Below are positions 46,621 through 59,739 of a DNA stretch of 60,000 nt, piece by piece (the stretch's first letter is position 1; the number at the start of each line of letters is the position of its first letter). The notes under the pieces were generated by a model. It did not search any database and had not been told where the DNA came from. It was given only the letters and a program-made list of their open reading frames with translations. The DNA comes from Lama guanicoe (Eukaryota), in NCBI GenBank assembly GCA_013239625.1, contig MU053379.1, positions 4,485,229 to 4,545,228 on the forward strand. The letters are read 5' to 3'. A program made the position numbers and the translations under genes.

Positions 46621-49600
46621 CTGGGCGAGCACCCCCGGGTCTCACTGTGGAACCACCGCTGACCCTGGGTTCTCTGGAAGCCGAAAGAGCGGGTCCTCCC
46701 CGCCGAGTACACACTGCAGTGCACCCGTGGGCGCACCTGCCGGCTCTCGGCGTGACCCCCAACGCGAGTCACAACAGCCTGCATGCCTGACGTCAGGTAC
46801 CCGGGGCGGAACACCTGCGGAGGGGTCACACTGTGGCCGCGCTCAAATCCGTCTGTTCAAAATCTCTCCTTAAATGTGCGTAAGAGGACAGGGCAGAGGC
46901 CTCCAAGAAGGCGGTGTGTGCGGGAAAATGAAACCAGGCGACCCGATGAGGGAAGGAAGTCTTCTGGGAGCCAGATGAGCCGGGTTGGGGGCAGAGGGGC
47001 CTGGGGCCCTGGGGCTGGGGTCCGGGCGGCGGGCCCCCGGCGGCGGGAGGGCAGGCCCGCGTGGCACTGACCGCCAGCCCCAGGAGCCCCTTACGGGCGG
47101 CGTTTGCAAAGCTGTGGCCGTTTCTGCCCTTGGGTTTCTCCTCTCCCTGAGGGGCTGAGGAGACACCTCCAGCCGAGGGGTGATGGCCGGGTTGAGGGGC
47201 GGAATGAGGGCGCTGTTCACTCCGCACCACTCCCAGGCTGCACACCTGCGGCCAATACTGTCAGGAGAGCTGGGAAAACACCACACCCGACCGTGAAGCG
47301 TGTGCGAGGCAGAGCCCCACAGGCACGAGGTCGCAGGTCGGGGCCCGCGCCTGCTGCCCGACGTGTCCTGAGAGGAGAGGCTCTGCGCCCCCCCCCCCGC
47401 TGGGAGCAGGGCCCCGAGAGGGTGGGCACAGGGGGCTCATTCGCAGGCGCGCGTTGAAGCGTGATGCCTCCCCTGCGGTCTGGACGGAACGCTCTGAGCA
47501 GCCGAAGCACAGTTCTGCTGTGACAGCCGGGTGGGTGGCAGCATGTCCTCCTTTCAGAGACCGAGCCCCGGGCCCTGGGACGGTCCCCCCGGCAGGGAGG
47601 CCACGAGGAAAGCCCTCCCGTGGTCAGGGCCGCCCCACCCAGCATCGCCCGGGGAGCAGACGCCACAGCATGAGACAGAACAGCCTCAGCGGACCAACCC
47701 GTCCCGGGACCAGGAGGCCAGCTCAGCAAGGTCCGGGGCTGCGCGCCCAGATGCAGACCCTCGGCTTGCGCTCAGCTCAGCTCTCAACGTGTGACACGTG
47801 CTCCGAAGGCCGAGGGGCAGACTGCCCACGTAGCGGGGGCTCGGTCACGGACGCCAGCACTCGCTGTTTGCAGGTCTACTCAAACTTCCCGAGCCTTTGA
47901 CTCAGCCCCGGCGGGGGCGCGTTCCTAGAACTGCGTCACCTCGCCGCGCGCTCGCGGTCCCCCCGCAGTCCTCCTGCGCCCGCAGGCGGGGGGGGTCCCC
48001 ACACGCACCTCTGGTTTAGTCTCTGAGCCTGCGTTTCTTGCTCAGTCCAGGTTTGTCAGCTTTGTTGACCCAGTCAGAGAACCAGCTTCCGGTTCTGTTG
48101 CCTTTCTCCTCAGCTTCATCCGTCCCTGCTGTGGTTTTGATGCGAACCGGGACACAGCGAGAGCCTGCTGTGTGAGCCGCCCGCCCCGGGCCCTGCCGGC
48201 CCCTCTGCTGCCTCGCTCCGCTGCCTGCGCAGCCTCGGGCTGCCTCCCCACTGGCCACCGAAGAGTGGCAGGCAACTGTGGCCAAGGAAGTTGGGGTGGC
48301 GGGGCCCGTGGAGCTGGAGGGACCCTGGCCCAGGTGACATGACTTCTGCCGGGTCCGGGGGTGATAACGCTGCAGAGACAAAGACCACAAGCCTCAGGTC
48401 CTGGAGCGAAGCGCGCTCACCCCCGGCTCCCTTGCAGGCTGCTCCCGCGGTCCCGCGGGGCGGCTGTCGTCCGAGCAGGGCCCCGATAACTCAGCGGAGC
48501 ATTTTGGTGGCCCCACCGTCTCCACCTGCAGTCTCCTGGCGGCAGAGTTGAGCGGCCTGGGGTCACTTCCGCCATGTCCATGCGCGTCACCAGGAAGAGA
48601 AGGGGAGCTCGCTGTCACACGATGACGTATTTGTTTTCCCCCAAGTTAAGCTTCACATGAAACTCCGAACTGGGTGCTTCTCTGTTTTAAGAGGGACAGG
48701 GGCACAGGCCTGCTGAAGGCCCACCCCTTCCCAGAAGGACCAGCCTCAACCTTCTGCCTCTAAGGAGCAGAGGGGGCAAGCTGGTGACAGGGTCCACCGC
48801 CCCCCACCCATTTGGCACATTCAGAAATGACTGCAAAGCCGGGGGCTCCTGGCCGGCACACAGCGTCGCACTGGCAGGGGCGGCTGGGTGCGTCCGGAAG
48901 ACTCCTTGCTCCAGGGCGGCCGACAGCACTTTGTAAAGGACAGCAGAGCGGGAGAAACCGCCCTCGTCGTGGACCGCAGACACAGTCCTGCCCAGCGTGG
49001 CTGCAGAGCCCTATTCAAACCGCGACGCTGGTGAGGAACGGGGGGATCGCCACGCGGCCACCTCCTCGTTGAAGTCCTCATCGGCCCCGAGAAAGTTCAG
49101 AAATTCACCTGATCTGAGAAAATGTCAGAGGAAAGTGCCTGATAACAAAGGTCAGGATGTTAAGTAAAGAGACAGGAATTCATCCCCACTCATTAACAGG
49201 ATGCTGACGTGACCTTTAAATCAAATCGAAGTCGCAGCCTCGAGGAGAAGGAGCTCCCTCTGCTTTGTGGGTGGAGCCTAAGTGCCGTCTTGACCCCCTC
49301 CCTCCATCCCTTCCCCAGCTGAGAACACGGTGCGTCAGAGGAAACCGTGCGTCTGTGCAGACTGCGTCACCCTCCTTGGGGCCAAGCCCAAACCCATCCC
49401 CTGCCCTCGCAATTGCCCTGCTTCTGGGAGAAGCACCGCGGCCCCCGTGCGCCTGGCTCTCACCTGCTCCTCCCCAGCCCCCTTGGCCAGCCCCGCCCCC
49501 TCCCCCACCCCGGGCACCTCGAGACCCCAGGCTGGGCTGCCAGGAGCCTCCTACGCAGTCTCCCAGCCCCAGCTTCTGCCCACGGCTGCTGCCAGGTCCA

Positions 49601-49934
49601 GGTGTCCTCGCTCGCTTCTGTGGGTCCCGCGCCCCCTCTCCCCACAGGCACTGAGCCCCAGCTTGTATTTTACGGGCATTCCTTCCACCCCGTTCTCTCT
49701 CCTGGTGACTCCCTGGGCTCAGGGATGTGTCCTCATAATCCTGCCTCCTGCAGAGGAGGGGGCACTAAACACACTCACACCCACGCACACAGGTGCACAC
49801 GCACACAGAAGCGCTCCACGCCGCACCCGCTCAGCCAGCTGCATGGAGGAGACCCCAGCAGTGTGTTTCCAAACAGGAAAGAAACAGAGAGCTGACGGGG
49901 GACTTGGCCAGCAGGGACGAACCGTGTTCGCAGG

Positions 49935-50230
49935 GCTGTGACGTGTCCACTCCCTGGACACACGTTCCACCTGAAGCTGCTACTCCAACCCACGAGGTGC
50001 CTCCTGGGACGGCACACGCCCGGCTGTGAGGACCAGGTGGGCGAAGGACGCGGGGTATCGCGTTCTCACTGACTGCCTGTTCAAACGGTAACACTCGAGA
50101 GGTGCTGGGTTAAGTAAAACGTATCATTCAGATCAACCCCATCTCTTTCCTTCTCCTCCTTTTTGCTTTAATGCACCGACTGAAAAGGTAACATTCCATG
50201 TGAGGCTCCTACCATAGCTTCTCCCCGGAG
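49935..50230. mobile_element. MER33-like hAT-Charlie MITE, strongly GC-shifted
   Basis: actgactgcctgttcaaacggtaacactcgagaggtgctgggttaagtaaaacgtatcattcagatcaacccc...tttaatgcaccgactgaaaaggtaacattccatgtgaggctc aligns by eye to MER33 attgattacatgttgaaatgataatattttggatatattgggttaaataaaatatattattaaaattaatttc...ttaatgtggctactagaaaatttaaaattacatatgtggctc. Confidence 0.7.
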
Positions 50231-50569
50231 CCAGAAGCCTCTCGCGGGACCACAGCCCTGGCCCCGTGCCCACTGAGGCTGCGGCTGCAGCCCTGAGAGC
50301 AGAGCCGGCGGCTGTGATGAGACCGTCCGGCCACAGAGTCGAGCAGACTGACCTTCAGATGCTTCAGAAGCAGCTCTCTCGTTACCCAGAGGACGAGGGG
50401 GAGCGTCGTGAGACTTCATCTGTCCGTCATCCGGGAGGCTGCGGCAAACCCAGTCCAGTCAACTGAGATCTCTAGAAAACGCATGTAAAAGTGGTCAGAA
50501 CTGCCGTAGTATTTGAGACGTGAACTCCTCCAGTGCAGAGAGGTTGGGAGCGACAGCCGTGTGCAGGAT

Positions 50570-50860
50570 GGAGGGGAAGCTCTGGGGAGGAGCCCCTCGA
50601 GGCTGGAGAGGAGGTTCAGGGAAGCCGCCTTGACACCTGTTACCATGTACAGCGTGGATGAACAGCAGGGTCCTGCTGCACCGCACGGGGGCTGCGTTCA
50701 CGGCTTGTGGTTCCCTGTAACGAAAAGGAGTGTGTATATGTATTTTTATGTGTGTGTATGACTGAATCACGATGCTGTGCACCAGAAACTAACACAACAC
50801 TGTAAGTTTTAAAAAATCAAAAAAATACATAAAGAGAAAAAAAATAAAATTAAAAGTAAT
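50570..50860 (+). mobile_element. Artiodactyl-type L1 3' end with A-rich tail
   Basis: ggatgaacagcagggtcctgctgcaccgcacgggg...gtatgactgaatcacgatgctgtgcaccagaaactaacacaacactgtaa plus A-rich tail. Confidence 0.88.
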
Positions 50861-52109
50861 ACATATGAAAGGTGAAATTTTACAATCCCTGTTCTGTACA
50901 AACTAGCATGGCTTGCTGTAACTGTTGTAAACTAAAACACGTTACAGGAAGCAAAGCAAAGGGAAGCACTCGTCCCTGATAACTCAGTCACAGACACAAC
51001 AGTAATTCAGCTGCGTAACCTCATTGTTAGAAAGCGTGGGTCCCCGGTGGACGCCGCCCTAGCCTCAGGGCCTTTCTGCTTCGTCTGTCTCAGCACTTTG
51101 TGTAACCGACAAAGTCGGGACCGGCACTCGAGGCGTCTGGTGCCGGCTGGACGCTGAGCACGGGCTGGACAGACATCCTTTCGCTTCTTTGGATTTCTGG
51201 TTTTCGAAATTGAGTGGCTTCGACTTAATCCAGGTTTTTACTCCTAGGGAGCATGGCTCCCTTGGGTCACGTCATTGGCTCCACAGGCAGGAGGCAAACA
51301 CCGAGCGGCTTCTCCCGGCCACTCTCAGCAGAGAGCCGGGGACCAGCCACACGGCCCCGCCCCAGACGGCCTGGGAGTCCCGCGCCAGGAGGCTCTTCCC
51401 CCGGCGGCTCCTCTGCCTCCGAGACTGGACCCCTCAGGCCTGCCCCTCGGGCTCCGCCCGGGTCCAGCGAGCGTCGCGGGGACTTGGGGAAGGTGGGGAC
51501 AGACCTGACCAGGAGGCCACTTTCCCTCCCCGACCTGTCGCGGGGCCCATCGGGTGGGAAGGGAGGGCCCTACAGGTCACTCATGTCCAGACAGTCCTTG
51601 GCAGGAGACAGTGCCGCTTGCTGACCGCTGCTGCGGATGGTTGTTTAGCTGAGGAACCATCTGTTTCCAACTCAGGGGACAAGCGCTGACATGAGATGAC
51701 AGTGGGACGTTGCCCGCCACGCCAGCTGGGCCTCTGAGACACACCTCGACCTCCTGCCAGCCAAGCGCACGGGGGGTGCTCGTCGCAACGCGCTGTGCGT
51801 CTCTGGGACTCTCCTCCCGTAGGGCTCCTCCCCAGCCCACACAGAGAGTTAGCTGCGCCTCGCAGGGAACAAACAGACAACGAGCAGGAGGCTGCTGTTG
51901 GCGGAAGTCCAGAGAGCGTGGGGTGGGAGGGACATAGGGGGTCCCAGAGGCGTGCAGCCCGGACAGGGTGCCCAGGTGTCCCCCAGCCCTCCCCAGGGAC
52001 GCCTGACGTGGAGGCAGAGAAGCTCCTTCTGCCCTGGCCTCCCGGCCTCATCCCAGATGCCACCAGCAGCCTGTCCCTGTCCCCGACGCCCTTGTGGGGC
52101 TGCTCCTGC

Positions 52110-52111
<2 letters not shown>

Positions 52112-52143
<32 letters not shown>
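52112..52143 (+). repeat. (GT)16 microsatellite
   Basis: Perfect GT run. Confidence 0.97.
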
Positions 52144-52145
<2 letters not shown>

Positions 52146-53472
52146 ATGTGTCCTTGTGTCCGTATTCCCATGAGGTTTCCACTGTCTGATGTTCTCCAGG
52201 ACCTCGGCCAGGAAGGTGGGGCCCCCACGGTGAGCGTTCTCCAAACGGCCCACAAGCGACCTGACTCCCTAGAAGGGGAGCTAACTGCTACTGGGAGGCC
52301 GGCCCTGGGCAGAGCCCACGCTTTTCCGAGGAAACGGCAAGCAGGGGCCGTTCTGGGCCGGATGACTCACTGGTTTCCAGCAGCCCTCGCGGGCACTGGT
52401 CTGCTTTCCCTTCAGTGAAGACCCGCCTGGACGTGGATGCACTGAGGGCACACGGGCCTCTGCCTGTGGCCGTCCTGCCCCTCGTGGTGCCATCACCACA
52501 GCCCGAATGCCCGCGGCCCTCGCATCCCGTGGGGCGTCGGGGCCCAGAGCGTCCCTGGGCCTCTTTTGTCCACTCCCCACCCGACAGTTCCCACTGCCCG
52601 CGCTCCAGCACCCCCGTCCACGAGCTCTGTACCGCGTCCACCTGCCTGCTTGGCGGAAACATCCCTGTGGAGAGGTTGCCCTGTCCACCCGGGGTCCCCC
52701 GGAGTCTCCTTCCCATGGAGCTGGCAGACGCCAACTTGCACAGAGAACAGGACACCGAGTGTCCGGGATGCTGGCGGGCAAACCGAGCAGGAGGGCGGTG
52801 TGGTTGGTGTTCCAGCAGCGTCTCAGGTGCTCACCTGCGGCTGCCGTCCCAAAGCTGCGTTCAGCACAGGCCAGGCCTCCCACACAGGCTTGCTTCTGAT
52901 CCGCATAAAACATGCCGGGAAGGATCAGGAGTCCCTTGTCCTTCTCCAGCGCTTCTCCCCCGAGAGCTCACTTTCAGTGCTCACACCGGTGGGGGTGGTT
53001 CCTGGTCAAGGTGGGTGGTGACCACGAGGGGGAAGCTGGCCCACGTCTGATATCAGGTGAGCTCAGAATCACTTGCAGAGAGCTGGGGGCCCACCTGCCC
53101 AAGGCCCCAGCCTCCAATACGTCAAACGTGGTGCCCATGGAGGTGTGCTGAGCAGAGCGCCGGGGCGAAGCTGCTGGGCCTCACAGCTGCCACACCTCCG
53201 GCCCATGCGGCGATGCCCCAGAGGCCTCGCTCTCCCAGGGGCTCCCAGTCAATGACAGAGCACAGCAGGGTCTGCAGAGCTGCCGTCCTGCTGGAGGGGC
53301 CCCCCCAGGAACCCCGATGCAGGGCTTCCCCAGGGCCAGCCAGGATTCCACAGGGCGCCTCCCCAGCCTCCATCCTTTCACGGTGTCAGAGGCTCCCGAA
53401 CCTCTTCTCCTCCACAGACAGGATGCTCCCCAACACGTCTCCTGCTTCAGATCCCATCCTGGTGTCTGCTTC

Positions 53473-53943
53473 TGTCACGGAGTCCAAGCCCACACAGCTG
53501 GGCACACGGCAGGCCAGTAAACCAAGAGACGAGGTGCTGGGGCAAAGACTTTATTCAGAAAGCCCCAGAGCGAGAAGATGGTGGGCTGGTGACCCAGAGA
53601 ACCGTCTCGCCTGAGCTAGAATCCAGGCCCCTTTCACACTACGAGGGGGAGGGGTGAGGCCGAACACTGCACGGTGCCGACGGCCTCGGAGGGGAGGTGT
53701 CAGCTCTCCTTCCCGCAGCCACTCGCCAGGGGGCCTGGTCAGGGTGCTCCCTGAGGTAAACAGAGGTATTTTGGGCCGGCGCTCAGGCCTGGGAAGCAGG
53801 GTTCCCAGAGAGGCGCCATTGTGTGTAATGTACGCTGTAGGCAACACCTCTTCAGTGGTTAACTTGTAGCAAAAGCAATGGATACAAACGTTAAAGTAAA
53901 AGAAACAGGTCGGCTGTGGAGTCAGGCCTGCTCTGCCCTGTCA
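53473..53943 (-). mobile_element. ERV1-class solo LTR, antisense (471 bp), related to 26887-27322
   Basis: tgtcac...ctgtca termini; 4-bp TSD cttc/cctc; shares caggccagtaaa...gactttattcagaaagcc...gagaagatgg...gagaacc and gtggagtcag with the 26.9-kb LTR. Confidence 0.85.
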
Positions 53944-55596
53944 CCTCCGAGCTGACACGCCGCACCTCCAGCGCACGAATTCACCAGGAAGCCTGCTCCC
54001 CTGCGGAGGATTCAAAGCTCTCTCTTCTCCCGTGGTCAGGGTGCTGGCAGAAAGCTGACTTCTGCTTGGCCGGTTTGGATGGAACCCTTAATGGAGTGAA
54101 ATGCCTACAGTGTAAGGGAACAGACCGGGGACGATGAGGTGCCTGGAACACCCACCCTCCCAAGCTGTTGACGCCCAGGACTGAAGGGCTCTGCTCCTGC
54201 AGCCCGTGGGCCTGGAGCCACTGTGCGGCTGGCACCAGGCATGGAGGGCACGGGCGCAGCCCAGGGGACAGGGCAGGGCGGGCAGGCGGGCGGGGTGTGC
54301 AGCATCCACCTCCCGAGCTGCCGCGCTCCCTCCCAGGAGCCCCCCCGGGGCCCCCTGCTGCAGTTCTCATTCTGTGTCCGACCCGGGACCCCCGAGCAGT
54401 TACCCTCGTGTTTCAGCCTCACACCCACTTTCACGTTCTCCCCGCTGGCTCTGGGTTCACGCGCCACGCCTCGTGATGGCACTCCGGGTCTCCACCCAGC
54501 TTGGTCCTCAGCGCACACCCCTCCTCGCCAGGCGCCCGCCAGCTGTCAGCTGAAGCCAGGCCAAGGGTGGGGCCCGGGCGGAGACCCTGAAGTCAGCTCG
54601 CCCCACACGCTGTACCTTGGGTGGAAACCCTTGGCAAACTGAAAATGTCTGCCATGCCACGGAACTCAGCTCTGTTGACGGCTGCTCATTCCAGAAGTCA
54701 GGGACCGCCCGAGCCCACCTCGTTCCACTGTTTGTGGTCAAAACCAGCTTCCCGGCTGACCACAGTGCTCCCGGTGCCAAGCCTGCAGGTCCCTGACACC
54801 ACTGCACACCCGTCCAGTGCCTCGAAACCGGAGCCAGAGGCCACGGAAATTTCACTATCGCTGCAAAATGTCTGAAAATATCTGAAACGTGCAAAAATCC
54901 AAATTTCCTCAACAAATCCCAAGAGAGTCGATCACAGACAGGTTGTATTTGATGTTGGCTGGCCATGTGATGTAGGCGGCCTGGGCTGGAGCTGTGGCAG
55001 CAGCTTCGCTGATACACTGATCTGTGCACGAAGGCTAGGGAGCTGTGACGGGGGAGGGAAAAGCGCCCCCTCACCAGCACAGCATCCCGGACTGTGAGAC
55101 CCTTCCACAGTAGCAGGGCTTAACGCCACAGCAAGCCTTCTCTTCTGCAAACTGTGTAACATTACAGAATTGATTGAAAAATAATTCTTAACAGAATTCT
55201 CTGACCATTCTTTTCCAGACACACACCTGCTGCAGAGTGACCTGATCCCACCCTGAGGGACACGGCTCTTCTGGGAGCTGAGAACCAGTGGGTGAATGCT
55301 TAAGTGTCCCCACCCCCCGGCCACACACCCCTGGCCTCCCGGAGACCCTGCGGAGACATGTGCCCCCGGAGACCGCAGGGGCCTCAGGGCCCTGGCTGCG
55401 CAGCGGGCTGGGCCGACTTAGCTTCTCACTGTGATTTCAGGACCGATTTCAGTACTGAGCGCAGGCCTGGCCCCGAGCGGGTGAGCCCGTGTGCTCACAC
55501 CCCCACTTTCTCCCTCTGTCCACACCTCTGTTTCTCCCCCCTCTCTCTCCATCTCTCTCTCCTTCCCTCCTGCCCTGCCTCTCTCTCCCACCCCTA

Positions 55597-55845
55597 GGCT
55601 CACCCCAGGACAGCCAGGCTGTGAGGAAGCCCAGACCATGTGGCAGCACCGTGGGGCCCCCTGCTGAGAGCCTGCAGCCTGGGGGCTTGTGGGTGGGTGA
55701 CTTTGTGTGACTTCAGGTGACTCCAGTCTCCAGGCTTCACATCTCCCAGCTGAGGCCTCATCCTGGAGCAAACGCAAGCCAGGCTGTGCCACACCTGAAC
55801 TCCTGACTCAGGGAACCTGTGGCAGACAGTAAACACTGCTTATCG
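55597..55845 (+). mobile_element. MLT1-like MaLR LTR fragment
   Basis: gctgtgaggaagcccagaccatgtgg...cccagctgaggcc...cctgaactcctgactcagggaacctgtggcagacagtaaacactgct matches the MLT1 3' half (aattcctgacccacagaaactgtgagataataaatg). Confidence 0.65.
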
Positions 55846-56776
55846 GACCCCAGGTCTGAAGGGATGGACACCTGCCCAGGCATAGGGGAGACGGTCATCA
55901 AGTGCCTCAGAGCTCCAGCCGCCACCCCCCGACCCTCCAGGAGGCTGGCCTGAGCCGGCCCGCTCTCGGGAGAGGAGCTGAGGGGCCGTCGAGCCGGGCA
56001 GCCCTCCTGACCAGTCCCCACCTGGCCGCCTGGAACTGGCCGCCCCGGGGTTCGGTGTCCTGAGCTGCTCCTCCACCCACTCACCACTGCTGTCACTTTG
56101 TCCCACGTCGCAGTCTTCATCCATCCCGGGAAACCACCCAGGGCCAAAGTGCAAAATGCCCAGCACGTGAAAAAAGTGCTGACAACGCAGCATTTTGAGG
56201 CAGCACCTCGGAGAGTCTGAACGGCGCCTGCCTCCCCCAAGGCTCCCAAGACTTCCCTCCAGTAAAGAAAAACCAAGGAGCCCCTCCGCACACCCCTTGT
56301 CAAGACACAGAGATACTCTTGGACTTGGCAGCATTGGGCCCAGGAGCTCCGGGTGAGATGGAGCTGCCGTGCGGACCAGCCGTGCGTGCAGAGGCTCCTT
56401 CCCAAGGCTGCGCCACACTCGTGTGGCCACTGCTTGAATAGCAGCTCAGAAGCCTGGGACAGGACGAGTCCAGACGGTGTCACCACACACGGGACCTGGC
56501 ACCACGCCAGGCCCGCACCAACCGCCAGGAGCGGAGTCCTGGCAACGAGAGAATTCTGCGCGTGGGCTGCGGGCCAGCTCTTTTTCTTCCTTTAATGGAG
56601 GGACTGTGGTTTGGACCCACAACTGAGCCAGGACCTCGCGCACACTAAGCACACGCCCTGCCACCGAGCTCCCGACCCCGGGGCCATGTCTGTCAGCGGA
56701 AACCAGGAAGGGGCACGTCCCCAGCCCTCACAGCAGCCCCTTGGGGCCCATTGCGGGCACTGCTCTCTGGTCAGGA

Positions 56777-56935
56777 CGGTGGTTCTCCCCATCGTCCGGG
56801 GCCGGCAGCAGCGGCCCCAGGGAGTCCTGGGGCTTAGAGATTCAAACTCTGAGCCCAGTCGTCCTGCTGCGGAAACCTGAGGCCAAGCCTCTGGCCCCCG
56901 TGAGTTAACAAGCCCTCCAGAGGTGCCGGAGCCTC
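56777..56935. mobile_element. MER5A-like hAT-Charlie element
   Basis: cggtggttctc...gcagcagc...ttagagattcaaactctgagccc...gttaacaagccctccagaggtg resembles MER5A. Confidence 0.5.
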
Positions 56936-59589
56936 CGTCTGCTAGCCTCTGATGTGTCCGGGGTGGTTACTGTCACCGTCACACAGCTGGTACCAAGGCA
57001 CCGACCCTGTGAGCGGCCAGAGGACCCGTCTGGAGACTCCCCAGGATGTGTGATGCTGAGACAGTCTTGTCTCCCAGCTCACTGCTGAGGCTGGGGTCCC
57101 CTACAGCAACCCTGACAATCATTTTCATGGGAACAGAGCACTGGGGAGGTGACCCCAGGATGCGCCTGCTGGGCATGGGGGGGGGACCAGCACATGGTGT
57201 GTTGGGGGCAGGCTGGCACTGGGGCCACCGGACACAGCATCAGGCATCCTCAGGGGTGACCCTCCCAGGGCTCAGGAGCTGGGGTATCCACCCCAGCCCC
57301 CACCCATCACTGGTGGGGGGCAGCTCTGGGTGCTGACCCCTGGGCATCTTGCCCTACCCCGGGTGAGGCCAGAATCTGTGGCCAGAGGGCCCTCATCCAG
57401 GAAGGAGAGAGGGGAGGGCCCCCATCATCAGCTCTGGCAGTTTCCTCAGGCCTCCAGGGGAAGAGGAAGGTTCCCATAACTCACCTGTGCGCCTAAGACC
57501 CTGGGGTGCTCTGGTTAATTCCGCCACATGGATGGAGGCCCTCACATCCCATCTTCCCTGGACACCTCGGTTTCTGGGGGTGGGGCGCTGCCTCTCCAGA
57601 GTCAATCCTCCGCTCAAACATCTCTGCTGACTCTGAGCGGAAGCAGGGCCCAGTCAGCCGGCCGGGCCGGCCCTCGGCGGGAGAGGCCCTGCCACAGATG
57701 ACTGGAGGGGGTGACGTGGGGCCCAGCAGGGACAGGCAGCTCTACAAGGCCACCTCCCCCGGTAGGCAGGGACCCACTGCGGGCGGGGGCTGAGACACCT
57801 GCTCTCCCGGGTGCGGGCAGCTCAGAGCAGCCATGGCTTAAGGAGGTGCAGTCACCTGGCTGGGTGTCAGGAGGGGCGACGCCTTCCCCAGTCACCTCAC
57901 AGGTGCACCCAGCATCACCAAGGGGTGGCCGGTGAAGGACACTGAGCATGGGGGTCCCCTCCTCTCCCAACGCCTACCTTCTTCACAACCGGCACCCACC
58001 TCGGCCTGGGGCCTCCCACTGACGGCCTTTTCCAGACCGCGGCACCAGGGGACGACACCCTCCTAGGAGCCCTCTGCCCTCAGGGCGCCCCAGCTCCCGC
58101 CCCACACCAGCCCCCCAGGTGGGGCTATTACCTGAAAAACTGGGTTCGCCTCTTGATGGGCGTCAAGCCAAAAGACACAACCAGGCCAAAGCGCAGGCGC
58201 AGGAAGGTTTATTATTTCTTGCGGCGAGTAAGGGGGACGCCAGGCTCTTCCCCAGAGCAGCGTGCCCCCGAACGGAGAACTGGGGAGGCGTGAAGCCAAG
58301 GGCCCACCCGCGCTCACGGGGGCTTGGGCTCGGCCCAGAGCCCAAGCTGTGGTGGATCCAAGACGCGAATCAGAAGAGGGTAGCACCCTCGCCCGTCCCG
58401 GCCAGTCTCCCCTGAAGTGGACCCGGGGCCCTGACGGGCGGCGGGGCGGCCCTGCTGCCGCTCCCTCTGCCTGGGTGCAGTCCCTGGGCTCGGCGTTCTT
58501 GTCTCCCCTTAAGATCGCCAACGGCTGAGGCCCGCCGGGGTCACTCGGCTGGTTCCTCTCCCCACGGCAGGCCTGGGTGCCGCGCAGAGCGCGGCTGGGC
58601 TCCAAGGACATCTGCACTGAGGGCGCCCTGCAGAGGCTGCACCCTAGAAGTTACAGCTCTGCTTCTGAACTCAGTCCAGGGCTGCCCGAGCCCAAGGAGG
58701 GGCCCGATGCCATCTCCTGACTACGTGGAGGGGGGCAAGGTTCTGGGCAAGCATGTGTTTCCCAAGCATCTTTGTGACCATTTTTGGAAAATATAGTCCG
58801 GTGCACAAGGGACAAGAAACCACCGGAAGTCACAGAAGCCACTCTCTGCAGCCTGTGTGTAGGTGTGTGTGAGCATGTGGGTGTGTGAGTAGGTGTGTTT
58901 CCACCTCTGCCTCACACCCTCTCTGGGCTCATGACCACATCTCAGCCCCTAAACTTAGGGGCCTCCCCTTTTCCTGCCTTCCATGAATCTCCCCAAAAGC
59001 CAGGTCCCAAGTGACCTCCCAGAAACGCAGCCCCGGCTCCCTCTGGCCCAGCAGCAGCTCGGCTGCCTCTTCTGAGGCAGTGAAAAAACCACACACATGG
59101 TTTTGGCGGCAACGTGTTAGAGGTGCCACCACCCAGGCACTGCCACGGACGCCTGCAGATCAGCCCCAAGTCACGCAGCCTCTGGCGGCAAACACGCACG
59201 AGCTCCAGCACCGAGCACCTCGCGGGCCGCGGGAAGGCGCAGTCCGGTGCTCACGGGCCCACAGGCCCCTAAGTCAGCCGCCTCCAGGCTACCAGGGGCT
59301 CAGCGTGCGTGACCAGATGTGTCCTTCCTCCCTGCAGACTCCACGAGGTACACAGGCCCCTGGCTCCAAGGCTGCTTAAGCCGGGCTCATCTTCCAGAAG
59401 GAGCGCCTACCAGTCTGTCCGTACGCTGGTGCCAAGTTTAGAAGCTGGTTGTTGGAAGGATCCTTGGCAAATAAGAAAGCTGCCATCAATGCAAAACATT
59501 GAAGCACACAAAAGGCCTCTGGATGCCAGCTTTGTGCTCGGCCCCGGGCTAGGACCACACCCCACCTCACGCCCTCCTCACGTCCACCG

Positions 59590-59685
59590 TCCACCGAGGG
59601 AACAGTGTTATTACTGCTCCTCTTCCGCAGATGAGGCGCTCAGCCTGAGGCAGGTTAACTCGCTCGCACGACTACTCTGCTAGCA
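59590..59685 (-). mobile_element. MIR SINE, antisense
   Basis: ttattactgctcctcttccgcagatgaggcgctcagcctgaggcaggttaactcgctcgc matches antisense MIR cccattttacagatgaggaaactgaggctcagagaggttaagtaacttgc. Confidence 0.65.
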
Positions 59686-59739
59686 CACAAAGCCACACTA
59701 GCTAACTCACAAGTACCTTTATTTATGCCCTGTTTTAAA

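Noticed and set aside
26887..53943. Idea that the two related LTRs flank one large provirus
   Set aside because: Each LTR has its own TSD, their interiors differ, they are 26 kb apart, and there is no PBS or gag/pol/env between them.
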